Source: Candidatus Hodarchaeaceae archaeon (GTDB lineage Archaea > Hadarchaeota > Hadarchaeia > Hadarchaeales > Hadarchaeaceae). Taken from it: a stretch of 13,675 bases of DNA. Positions 1-6,775 of the stretch are shown in pieces (positions within the stretch are counted from its first letter, which is position 1; the number at the start of each line of letters is the position of its first letter). A program made the position numbers and the translations under genes. The notes under the pieces were generated by a model. That model did not search any database. It was not told where the DNA came from and saw nothing but the letters and a program-made list of their open reading frames with translations. The DNA is taken from NCBI GenBank assembly GCA_030018135.1, contig JASEGJ010000027.1:1-13675 (forward strand), read 5' to 3'.

Positions 1-286
1 CCCCGCCGCGACGGGGCTTGACCGGGATTCGAACCCAGTATCGAGCGAGTTTCGTGCCCCGGCGTTCAATTCTGATGAGGTCCTTTCTGATGGAGAGCGG
101 GTGTTCCCGCTCGGGCCTGACGCACCTGTAGAATCGCTCTGCCTGCCGGCGGTTAGCGGAGTGGAGTTCAACATTGGGGTCGCCCCGCAGGAGCCGCTGG
201 AGCCCCTCATACTCGTGGTCGAGGATTTGGCGCTTAACGTTGGTCAGCCCCACGACCTTCGCCCTGACGACCTTCTGCACCTGCAT
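1..286 (-). CDS. tnpB: TnpB-like RNA-guided endonuclease, IS200/IS605 family, N-terminal 95 codons (runs off the window edge)
   Basis: Not in the ORF track. Open frame from ATG 286 (in-frame alternative ATG 310) to the window edge: MQVQKVVRAKVVGLTNVKRQILDHEYEGLQRLLRGDPNVELHSANRRQAERFYRCVRPEREHPLSIRKDLIRIERRGTKLARYWVRIPVKPRRGG. I recognise this as resembling the N-terminus of compact archaeal TnpB proteins (EY..Q..L.G, L(Y/H)SA..QA, PL..R.D, TKL..YW.(R/K)IP...RGG). An IS605-type end hairpin lies just upstream. The RuvC domain is not visible. Confidence 0.75.
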   Translation of the reverse strand, partial: MQVQKVVRAKVVGLTNVKRQILDHEYEGLQRLLRGDPNVELHSANRRQAERFYRCVRPEREHPLSIRKDLIRIERRGTKLARYWVRIPVKPRRGG

Positions 287-363
287 CGCGGCCACCCATC
301 CCCCGTCCATCACCCCCGCTTAAGCGATTTTCGTGGGGAGAGAGGTCACCGAAAGTGTTCGGG

Positions 364-410
364 CCGCCGCTCCCATCCCCGCTTTGAAGAGCGGGGTTTT
401 CCCGCGGCGG
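364..410 (-). repeat. IS left-end subterminal hairpin (core stem 377-396) with outer pairing arms CCGCCGC/GCGGCGG
   Basis: Perfect 7-bp stem ccccgct (377-383) / agcgggg (390-396) with a 6-nt loop. Segment 364-370 is complementary to 404-410. Confidence 0.8.
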
Positions 411-414
411 GGTC

Positions 415-421
415 TATAAAA
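415..421 (+). promoter_or_regulatory. TATA box (TATAAAA) upstream of the 445 operon, spanning the predicted IS junction
   Basis: TATAAAA lies 24-30 nt upstream of ATG 445, the usual archaeal spacing for a short or leaderless transcript. Confidence 0.5.
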
Positions 422-444
422 GCGGAAGTTGCCAGGGGAGACAA

Positions 445-867
445 ATGGTAAAAAAAGTTTACCTGTCGGTGCCTTTGATCGCTAACCGGGACGTGCGAAC
501 TGCCAAGCGAATCGCTAGAATTATCGAAGCAGCTGGTCACAAAATAATTTCCCCTTGGGTCCTCGAGAGGAACCCAAATGGAAATCTGACGGCGGCGGAG
601 GTTTTCGAGCGCGACACGAATGGCGTTAGAGAGTGCGATGTCATCGTTGCGGAGGCGTCCACGCCCAGCCACGGCATCGGCATTGAAATGATGCTGGCGC
701 ACACCTTGGGGAAGAGGATAATCTGCATTTACAGGTCCGGCACCAAGCTTTCGCGGATGATTCAGGGCATGCCGAATGCGGTTCTGATCGAATATACGGG
801 CGTCTCGGATCTAAGGAAAAAGCTGTCGACCGAGCTTAAGGTACTTAAAGACCGACTCCAATCTTGA
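445..867 (+). CDS. Nucleoside 2-deoxyribosyltransferase / DNPH1 (Rcl)-like 2'-deoxynucleoside 5'-phosphate N-hydrolase
   Basis: 140 aa. N-terminal KVYLS strand, VFERD..GVRECDVIVAEASTPSHGIGIE motif with the catalytic Glu, and C-terminal LSRMIQG resembling the DNPH1 LSAMIxG motif. Confidence 0.85.
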   Translation: MVKKVYLSVPLIANRDVRTAKRIARIIEAAGHKIISPWVLERNPNGNLTAAEVFERDTNGVRECDVIVAEASTPSHGIGIEMMLAHTLGKRIICIYRSGTKLSRMIQGMPNAVLIEYTGVSDLRKKLSTELKVLKDRLQS

Positions 868-888
868 ATTCGTCGATGAGGTGATAAA

Positions 889-2052
889 TTGAGGGATGTG
901 GCGATCATAGGATGCGGGATGACGAAATTTGGAAGGATCGAGGGCAAGAATTTAATGGATCTAATGGTGGAAGCCTCCCTAAGGGCAATCGATGACGCCG
1001 GGGTAGGAGAGGAGGACTTCGATTCAGTTTACGTGGGAAATATGATGGCGGGAGAACTCACCCACCAGACCGCGATAGCAAGCGCCCTCGTAGATCGAAT
1101 TAATTTGATCCCGGCGGCCGCGGAACGGGTGGAGAACGGTCCAGCGTCTGGGGCGTCCGCAGTCAAAAATGGCTTTCTGGCGGTGGCTTCCGGGGCAAGC
1201 GACTTGGTGCTCGTCGCTGGCGGGGAGAAGATGACGGAGGCCGATACGGATGTCATCACCGACTTGGTATCCACGATGACCCATCCAACCGCAGAATACG
1301 TGCACGGCGTGACCTTGCCCGCCATGGCCGCGTTGCTCACCCGCCTCTACATGGAACGTTACGGTCTCACCGAGCGCCACTTGGCGATGGTCGCGGTCAA
1401 GAACCATTCCAACGCCATGAAAAATCCATATGCTCACATCCAGAGGCCATGCACGGTCGAAGGCGCCATGAGCTCAGTCATGATCGCAGACCCGCTTCGG
1501 CTTTACTACGCTTGCCCGATCAGCGACGGCGCTGCCGCGGTGGTTCTATGTCCCTTGGAGAAAGCGAAGGAGTTCGCGGATAAACCCGTTCGAATCGCCG
1601 GCTTCGGGCACGCAAGCGATGTGCAGACCCTTCACGAGCGGGAAGACCCAGCAGTACTCAAATCGGTCCAGCTCGCCTCGCAGCGGGCGTTCGAGATGGC
1701 CAAGCTAAAGCCCAAGGACATAGATGTCGTGGAAACCCACGATGCCTTCGAGATACTGGAAATCGTGCAAAGTGAGGATGCCGGATTTTTTGAGAAGGGA
1801 AAGGGGCACCTGGCAGTTGAAAAGGGCGTGACCGCGCTTGATGGGGAACTGCCGATCAACCCATCTGGAGGGCTGAAGGCGAGGGGCCACCCCGTGGGAG
1901 CGACCGGCGTGGCGCAGATAGTCGAGCTCGTTTGGCAGTTGCGAGGTGAGGCCGGCGAACGGCAGGTCAAAGGCGCGAAACGGGCCTTCGCCTGCAACTT
2001 CGGGGGCTTCGGCAACAACACCGTCATACATATCTTGGAGAGGGTGGGTTAA
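889..2052 (+). CDS. Thiolase-superfamily protein (SCP2/archaeal type) lacking the canonical nucleophilic Cys
   Basis: 387 aa. Motifs VAIIGCGMTKFG, KNHSNAMKNPYAH, CPISDGAAAVVL, ETHDAF, INPSGGLKARGHPVGATG and NFGG. ENGPASG stands where ENACASG is expected. TTG start with GAGGTGA RBS. Confidence 0.9.
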   Translation: MRDVAIIGCGMTKFGRIEGKNLMDLMVEASLRAIDDAGVGEEDFDSVYVGNMMAGELTHQTAIASALVDRINLIPAAAERVENGPASGASAVKNGFLAVASGASDLVLVAGGEKMTEADTDVITDLVSTMTHPTAEYVHGVTLPAMAALLTRLYMERYGLTERHLAMVAVKNHSNAMKNPYAHIQRPCTVEGAMSSVMIADPLRLYYACPISDGAAAVVLCPLEKAKEFADKPVRIAGFGHASDVQTLHEREDPAVLKSVQLASQRAFEMAKLKPKDIDVVETHDAFEILEIVQSEDAGFFEKGKGHLAVEKGVTALDGELPINPSGGLKARGHPVGATGVAQIVELVWQLRGEAGERQVKGAKRAFACNFGGFGNNTVIHILERVG

Positions 2053-2053
2053 G

Positions 2054-2401
2054 ATGCAGGAGAGGCTCACTGGCTTCAAATGTAAGCGCTGCGGTCGGGT
2101 GACGTACCCGAAGCACGAGCGCTGTCTGAGTTGCAGGGGCACCGAGTTCGAGGAGGTCGGGTTGGGCGACGAGTGCACCCTGCTGACCTACACCAAGCTT
2201 TATGCCCTGCCCGAGGGGATTGAGATGCCGCCCCTGACGCTCGGGGTGGTCGACTTCGGCGGCGGCGTGCGAGCACTGGGGCAAATAATATCAGACGACC
2301 CAAAGATTGGGATGAAGCTCCGCCCAGTCTGGGGGAAGCTCCGCAAGATCGGTGAAGAAGAGATGTACGGGTTCAAGTTTGAACCAGCCGAAAAAGGTTA
2401 A
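2054..2401 (+). CDS. DUF35 family Zn-ribbon/OB-fold protein (thiolase partner)
   Basis: True start is ATG 2054, one base after the thiolase stop, rather than 1946. 115 aa with CKRC..YP...CLSC zinc ribbon, OB-fold LLTYT...GVVDF.GG, and IGMKLRPVW...YGFKF. Confidence 0.9.
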   Translation: MQERLTGFKCKRCGRVTYPKHERCLSCRGTEFEEVGLGDECTLLTYTKLYALPEGIEMPPLTLGVVDFGGGVRALGQIISDDPKIGMKLRPVWGKLRKIGEEEMYGFKFEPAEKG

Positions 2402-2435
2402 ATGCCTTTAGCTGGATGAAAAAAAGGGAGGGATC

Positions 2436-3032
2436 GTGATGGAGGTTGACTGGAAAAGTGTAATGAAACCTTACCCAAAGCGAAGGATCGTCCTGCCGAA
2501 CGGCGAGGAGATGATCGTTTACTCGCAGACGAAAGATGAAATCGAACAAGTCGCCGAAGCTATAATGTCGAACATAAAATACCACAAGGACCTCTTCGAC
2601 CTCGTGACCTCGGAGATCATCACCGAGCTTTACCTCTGGCGGGAGAACCGACCGATGTGGGGTTGCCCGCCTGAGAGCCACTTTAACCTCGTCGGGAAGG
2701 TGGGGGGCGAAATAGTCGGTTGCTCGAACGGCGCGCTGCGGGATCCGAAGACCGGGTGCAGCCTCCACACAATAACAATGAAGCGCGGGCTGCAGATAGG
2801 TGCTTACCTCTGGCCGTGCAAACTTGAGCACTACTTTGATGTGCTTGGGATTGAAAGGCTTGAGGCGAGCGCGGAAAGTGCGATCGGAGGGCGAAAGCTC
2901 TTCGCAACGTACGGTTTTACACCGCAGCCCTTCCCCGAGAAAAAGAGTCACTTCGGGACTCAATTGCAAGTGATGACGCGCGAGCAGTGGGAACGGATAA
3001 AGCCAGGCAAGCTCGTAGGCGAGCGGATCTAG
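2436..3032 (+). CDS. Putative GNAT-fold N-acetyltransferase-like protein
   Basis: 198 aa with GGAGG RBS. LVGKVGGEIVG strand-turn-strand, SLHTITMKRGLQIG (motif A-like RGxxIG), then LGIERLEASAES and LFATYGF (motif B-like). Substrate unknown. Confidence 0.6.
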   Translation: MMEVDWKSVMKPYPKRRIVLPNGEEMIVYSQTKDEIEQVAEAIMSNIKYHKDLFDLVTSEIITELYLWRENRPMWGCPPESHFNLVGKVGGEIVGCSNGALRDPKTGCSLHTITMKRGLQIGAYLWPCKLEHYFDVLGIERLEASAESAIGGRKLFATYGFTPQPFPEKKSHFGTQLQVMTREQWERIKPGKLVGERI

Positions 3033-3118
3033 CCCTTTTCAGCGGTCTAGCGCGTGGGAGACGCATCCCAACCGCTAAGTTTATTTTTTGGAACAAAACC
3101 CACAATAGGGGTAATTCA

Positions 3119-3598
3119 TTGTACAAGCGGATCGCCCTCATAGAAAATCCGCCCATCAATACATGCGTCGGCTGTCGCACCTGCGAATCCGCGTGCTCCT
3201 TTTGGCACGAGAGGGCATTCAATCCGGAAAAATCGCGCATCCGCGTCACCCGCACGGAGTACGGCATAAGCTACCCAATCACCTGCCGTCAATGTTTTAA
3301 GGCCCCATGCGTGGACGCTTGCCCGACCCGCGCGATCCACAGGAATGCTGAAACGGGCGTGGTGTTGGTGAGCGAGGGGCTTTGCATAGGTTGCGGCCTC
3401 TGCGTCGAAAGATGTCCGTTTGGCGCCATTGTCTTACATCCGGACAAAAAAGTCGCGATTAAATGCGACCTCTGCGGCGGCACCCCCGCATGCGTTAAGT
3501 TCTGCCCCGAGCGGGTTCTCCGCCACATCGATGTCAATGTTGCGGCACAAGGTCGCCGTCGTAGCTGGGTGGAATCCAAGGTCGGCGGGGGTGCGTAG
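3119..3598 (+). CDS. 4x[4Fe-4S] ferredoxin-like (DmsB/NrfC-type) electron-transfer subunit of the AOR
   Basis: Likely TTG start at 3119 with GGGGT RBS; the track's extension to 2987 overlaps the previous gene. Four Cys groups: CVGCRTCESAC, CRQCFKAPCVDACP, CIGCGLCVERCP, CDLCGGTPACVKFCP. Confidence 0.92.
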   Translation: MYKRIALIENPPINTCVGCRTCESACSFWHERAFNPEKSRIRVTRTEYGISYPITCRQCFKAPCVDACPTRAIHRNAETGVVLVSEGLCIGCGLCVERCPFGAIVLHPDKKVAIKCDLCGGTPACVKFCPERVLRHIDVNVAAQGRRRSWVESKVGGGA

Positions 3599-3600
3599 GG

Positions 3601-5532
3601 ATGGCGCTCAGGTACTCCGGCTACGTCGGCAAATATCTGCGCGTGGATCTCACCAGCGGCAAAATCTCGGAAGTCCACCTAGAGGAGCAGCTCACCCGCC
3701 TTTACCTCGGCGGAAACGGTTTCGGGACTAAAATTCTTTGGGATGAGGTCCCGGTCGGCGTCGACCCGTTTGATCCGGAAAATAGGCTTATCTTCAGCAC
3801 CGGTCCTTTGACCGGCACCGTGTGGCCCACCGCGGGTCGGCTGGAGGTCATAGGCAAGAGTCCCCTCACCGGCATTTATGGCGATGCTAACGCAGGCGGG
3901 CATTTCGCCCCCGAACTCAAATTTGCGGGCTATGACATGATCGTCTTTCAGGGCAAAAGCAAAAAGCCCGTATACCTTTGGGTCGAAGACGGTCGTGCCG
4001 AGTTGCGCGACGCCTCTCACCTCTGGGGCAAGGGCACTTGGGAGGCCGAAAGGACAATCCGCAAGGATCATGGGGACGGGGGGATCAAGGTAGCTGGCAT
4101 CGGCCAGGCCGGCGAAAATAGGGTGCGTTTCGCAGGCATCATCACGAGCGGCAGGGCAGCCGCTAGGACTGGATTAGGCGCGGTGATGGGCAGCAAAAAT
4201 CTCAAGTGCGTGGCGGCTCGAGGCACATTCGATGTCGGGGTCGCCAAAGATGAGTTTTATGATTACGCTTACGAGATTCATCAGCAAATTTTAGCAAACG
4301 AGTACACGCCATCGACATCCAGATACGGCACGCTGGGCTTGGTTAATCCCATGAACGAAATCAGCCGCTTTCCGACCAAGAACTTCCAGCGCGGTGACTT
4401 CCCGTACGCGAATGAAATTTCTGGAGAGATCCTCGAGAAAAAATTCCTCGTCAGGCGCGTCGGCTGCTACGCTTGTCCAATAAGCTGTGGTCGAACCGTG
4501 GCAGTTAGAGATGGACCATATAAGGGCACCTACACAGAGGGGGTTGAGTACGAAACCATCAACGCGTTGGGTGCCAGAACCTGGAATAGGGACATGGCGT
4601 CTATCCTCAAAGGCGACCTCCTTTGCGATGAATATGGCATCGATTCAATTTCCACTGGCGGCGTTATCGCTTTCGCGATGGAATGCTTCGAGAACGGCAT
4701 CATCTCCGAAGGGGACACCGACGGACTCAAACTCGAATGGGGAAATCCCGAGATAGTGCTGGAACTTATCGAAAAGATAGCGAAGAGGGAAGGAATAGGA
4801 AACGTGTTGGCAGAGGGAGTAGTAAGGGCGGCCAAGAAATTCGGCAAAGGCGCTGAATATTATGCCATGCACATCAAGGGGATGGAGATGTCCGCCCAGG
4901 ATCCGCGCAGCCAGCAATCCTACATCTTGGCCCACATCACAGGCACGCGGGGCGCGGACCATTTAAAGGGCTTTCCGTGCATAGACGAAACTGGCTACGT
5001 GGACGCGGCGGTCAGGAGATATGGGGAGCAATATTTGCCAGAGATAGTGGACGGGCTTTCGACCAAGTACAAGCCCATGGTTGTAAAGGATGGTGAGGAG
5101 TTGGGGGCCGTGGCGGACAGCGCGATAGTCTGCAAGTTCGGAACGCATTTCCCGCCCGCCTATTATTGGCCGGAGCTCGCGAGGGGGATAAGCTTGGCCA
5201 CCGGCATGCAGCTGGGCATCGCCGAGCTGAAGGAAATTGGGGAGAGGATTTACAACTTGCAGAGGTGCTTCAACGTCCGGGAGGGGATCGGCCGCAGGGA
5301 CGACACTCAGCCTAGGCGGATACTGGTCGAGAGCGGCACCGGTAGGGCAAAAGGTCATGCCGCCGGTCCCCTGCAGGAGCTGATGCTGGATGAGTACTAT
5401 GAGCTGAGGCGGTGGGACAAAAAAACTGGCTGGCCGACTCGGGCCAAGCTCGAGGAATTAGGACTTAAGAATGTCGCTGAGGATATGGAGAAGATGGGAC
5501 GGCTTCCCGCCCGTGGCAAAAGGAGGCGATAG
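3601..5532 (+). CDS. aor: Tungsten-dependent aldehyde:ferredoxin oxidoreductase (AOR/WOR family), catalytic subunit
   Basis: 643 aa. Motifs GYxGKYLRVDL, KSPLTG, AAARTGLGAVMGSKNLK, CYACPISC ([4Fe-4S]), EYET, CDEYGIDSIS, GADHL, CKF and EYYELRRWD..G.PT..KL.ELGL. Confidence 0.95.
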   Translation: MALRYSGYVGKYLRVDLTSGKISEVHLEEQLTRLYLGGNGFGTKILWDEVPVGVDPFDPENRLIFSTGPLTGTVWPTAGRLEVIGKSPLTGIYGDANAGGHFAPELKFAGYDMIVFQGKSKKPVYLWVEDGRAELRDASHLWGKGTWEAERTIRKDHGDGGIKVAGIGQAGENRVRFAGIITSGRAAARTGLGAVMGSKNLKCVAARGTFDVGVAKDEFYDYAYEIHQQILANEYTPSTSRYGTLGLVNPMNEISRFPTKNFQRGDFPYANEISGEILEKKFLVRRVGCYACPISCGRTVAVRDGPYKGTYTEGVEYETINALGARTWNRDMASILKGDLLCDEYGIDSISTGGVIAFAMECFENGIISEGDTDGLKLEWGNPEIVLELIEKIAKREGIGNVLAEGVVRAAKKFGKGAEYYAMHIKGMEMSAQDPRSQQSYILAHITGTRGADHLKGFPCIDETGYVDAAVRRYGEQYLPEIVDGLSTKYKPMVVKDGEELGAVADSAIVCKFGTHFPPAYYWPELARGISLATGMQLGIAELKEIGERIYNLQRCFNVREGIGRRDDTQPRRILVESGTGRAKGHAAGPLQELMLDEYYELRRWDKKTGWPTRAKLEELGLKNVAEDMEKMGRLPARGKRRR

Positions 5533-5544
5533 GTGCGTGCTTCT

Positions 5545-5700
5545 ATGCCCGAAGTGAAATGTCCGGACGATGGCACCCGCTTAGGGAACTTCGAAGCACA
5601 CGACGCTGGGTATTACGAAAAGACGAAGAGGTTTTACTCGAAGCTTTGCCCAAAGTGCAGCAAGGTTTGGTTCTTTGGGTGTTCACGGATGGGAGGGTAA
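5545..5700 (+). CDS. Small zinc-ribbon microprotein (51 aa), missed by the ORF track
   Basis: MPEVKCPDDGTRLGNFEAHDAGYYEKTKRFYSKLCPKCSKVWFFGCSRMGG*. Two knuckles, CPDDG and CPKC. AGGTG RBS at 5531-5535; in-frame alternative GTG at 5533 with AGGAGG. Confidence 0.65.
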   Translation: MPEVKCPDDGTRLGNFEAHDAGYYEKTKRFYSKLCPKCSKVWFFGCSRMGG

Positions 5701-5831
5701 GGATAGAATCGACAACGACGGCAATCCTGCACGAAAAATAGCTTTTCCTGACGAGGTCTTCTGAGACGATCGGTACCACCAGCAGCGGGTCATTTAATCT
5801 TCGAATGCGCATTACAAATGGAGCTGGCTGA

Positions 5832-6770
5832 ATGCGATACGTAAAAGCCACTTCCATCGGCTCAGCAGCACGCGACGCGTTGAAGAGGTGTACCCTAGGT
5901 TCTGTGCACAGCGTGTTTGAGCGCACCTTCAATGTTTTGATTGGAGGCGAACTCATAGGCATTGGAAGGAGCGATGTAGCAAGGAGCCCAACAAACGTGA
6001 TTACGGATATTCCATCAAGCGCGAAGATGTCGTCGCTGGGCATTCGAAAAAACGATGAGGTTTTAACAGCGGGGAACTCGCTCGAGATCGGGGGTTGGCT
6101 TAGGATATCGCTGGATGGCGCCGAGATATGGCGCCCGCGGCGGCGAGTTGCCAAACCGCTTGAGGTCGAACTCATCAAAAATAATTTGTCGACGGCAGAA
6201 GAGTTTGCGAACAGCGGGCACTATAGGGATGGTTTGGGGCAACTGCTATTTTACATTGATGATGTCGTTTTTGGTACTGCTGCAGAAGACCCACAGCTAA
6301 ACCCAGTTGTACGGTCGGCTTTGCCGCACATCCTATCCCTATTAAGAGCGGTTGAGTCTAAAGATTTGGACCTAGTGAGGCAGAGCGCGGAAAAGCTCGC
6401 GGGACTTGGACCGGGGCTATCCCCCTCATCCGACGACATGCTAGCGGGCTTTATGTCCAGCCTAAGATGGACGATCAGCTCACTCGGCGGGAATCCTGCT
6501 TACATCGATGAGGTAAATCAAGCCATCTTGGTTTCGACCACTGGGAGGACGACACTTTTGAGCCAACAATTGTTGGGGCATGCCACAGCCGGCGAGGTAA
6601 ATGAGACAGTTGAGGGCCTGCTCGAAACTATTTTGGCTGGCAAGCCGAGCGAGGTGAGGGCCGCGACTGAAGAAGTTTTGGCGATGGGTGAAACCTCTGG
6701 AGTAGATACGATGGTCGGAATTTTGCTGGGTTCACGTTTGGGGCTGAAAATTTTCACAAACAAAAGTTAA
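5832..6770 (+). CDS. DUF2877 family protein (YahE/YlbF, AllH-like)
   Basis: 312 aa. N-terminal GSVHSVFERTFN, LAGLGPGLSPSSDDMLAG (family motif GLGxGLTPSGDD), RTTLLS and MGETSGVD (GxTSGxD). Confidence 0.85.
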   Translation: MRYVKATSIGSAARDALKRCTLGSVHSVFERTFNVLIGGELIGIGRSDVARSPTNVITDIPSSAKMSSLGIRKNDEVLTAGNSLEIGGWLRISLDGAEIWRPRRRVAKPLEVELIKNNLSTAEEFANSGHYRDGLGQLLFYIDDVVFGTAAEDPQLNPVVRSALPHILSLLRAVESKDLDLVRQSAEKLAGLGPGLSPSSDDMLAGFMSSLRWTISSLGGNPAYIDEVNQAILVSTTGRTTLLSQQLLGHATAGEVNETVEGLLETILAGKPSEVRAATEEVLAMGETSGVDTMVGILLGSRLGLKIFTNKS

Positions 6771-6775
6771 AAAAA

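Larger units (their letters stand above)
1..415 (-). mobile_element. IS200/IS605-family (IS1341-like, tnpB-only) insertion sequence, left portion; left end predicted at 415
   Basis: Minus strand reads TTTTAT|AGACCCCGCCGCGGG-AAAA-CCCCGCT-CTTCAA-AGCGGGG-AT. AAAA sits at +16..+19 and the hairpin starts at +20 relative to a junction at 415/416. Only about 130 nt separate this end from tnpB, so there is no room for tnpA. Confidence 0.7.

Noticed and set aside
13-40. Minus-strand GGGTTCGAATCCC resembling a tRNA/tmRNA T-arm
   Set aside because: No acceptor stem, D-arm or anticodon arm can be built around it. It encodes WVRIP in the TnpB-like frame.
95-112. Perfect 7-bp hairpin GAGCGGG-tgtt-CCCGCTC inside tnpB
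   Set aside because: It is a short GC-rich stem within coding sequence, with no independent evidence of function.
1-412. 10-nt inverted match between 1-10 and 403-412, suggesting terminal inverted repeats or a large ncRNA
   Set aside because: Positions 1-10 are simply the window edge inside coding sequence (RRGG codons), the match is GC-rich and short, and IS200/IS605 elements lack terminal inverted repeats.
101-451. Track ORF of 116 aa on the plus strand
   Set aside because: It is an antisense shadow of tnpB and the IS end, with no recognisable motifs. It does not resemble a HUH/Y1 TnpA.
1946-2053. N-terminal extension of the DUF35 ORF (likewise 2987-3118 for the ferredoxin)
   Set aside because: These extensions overlap upstream genes, and better starts with RBS exist at 2054 and 3119.
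5559-5741. Track ORF of 60 aa as a stand-alone gene
   Set aside because: The overlapping frame 5545-5700 has the RBS and zinc-knuckle motifs. Only the C-terminal tail of this ORF might be real, through a frameshift.
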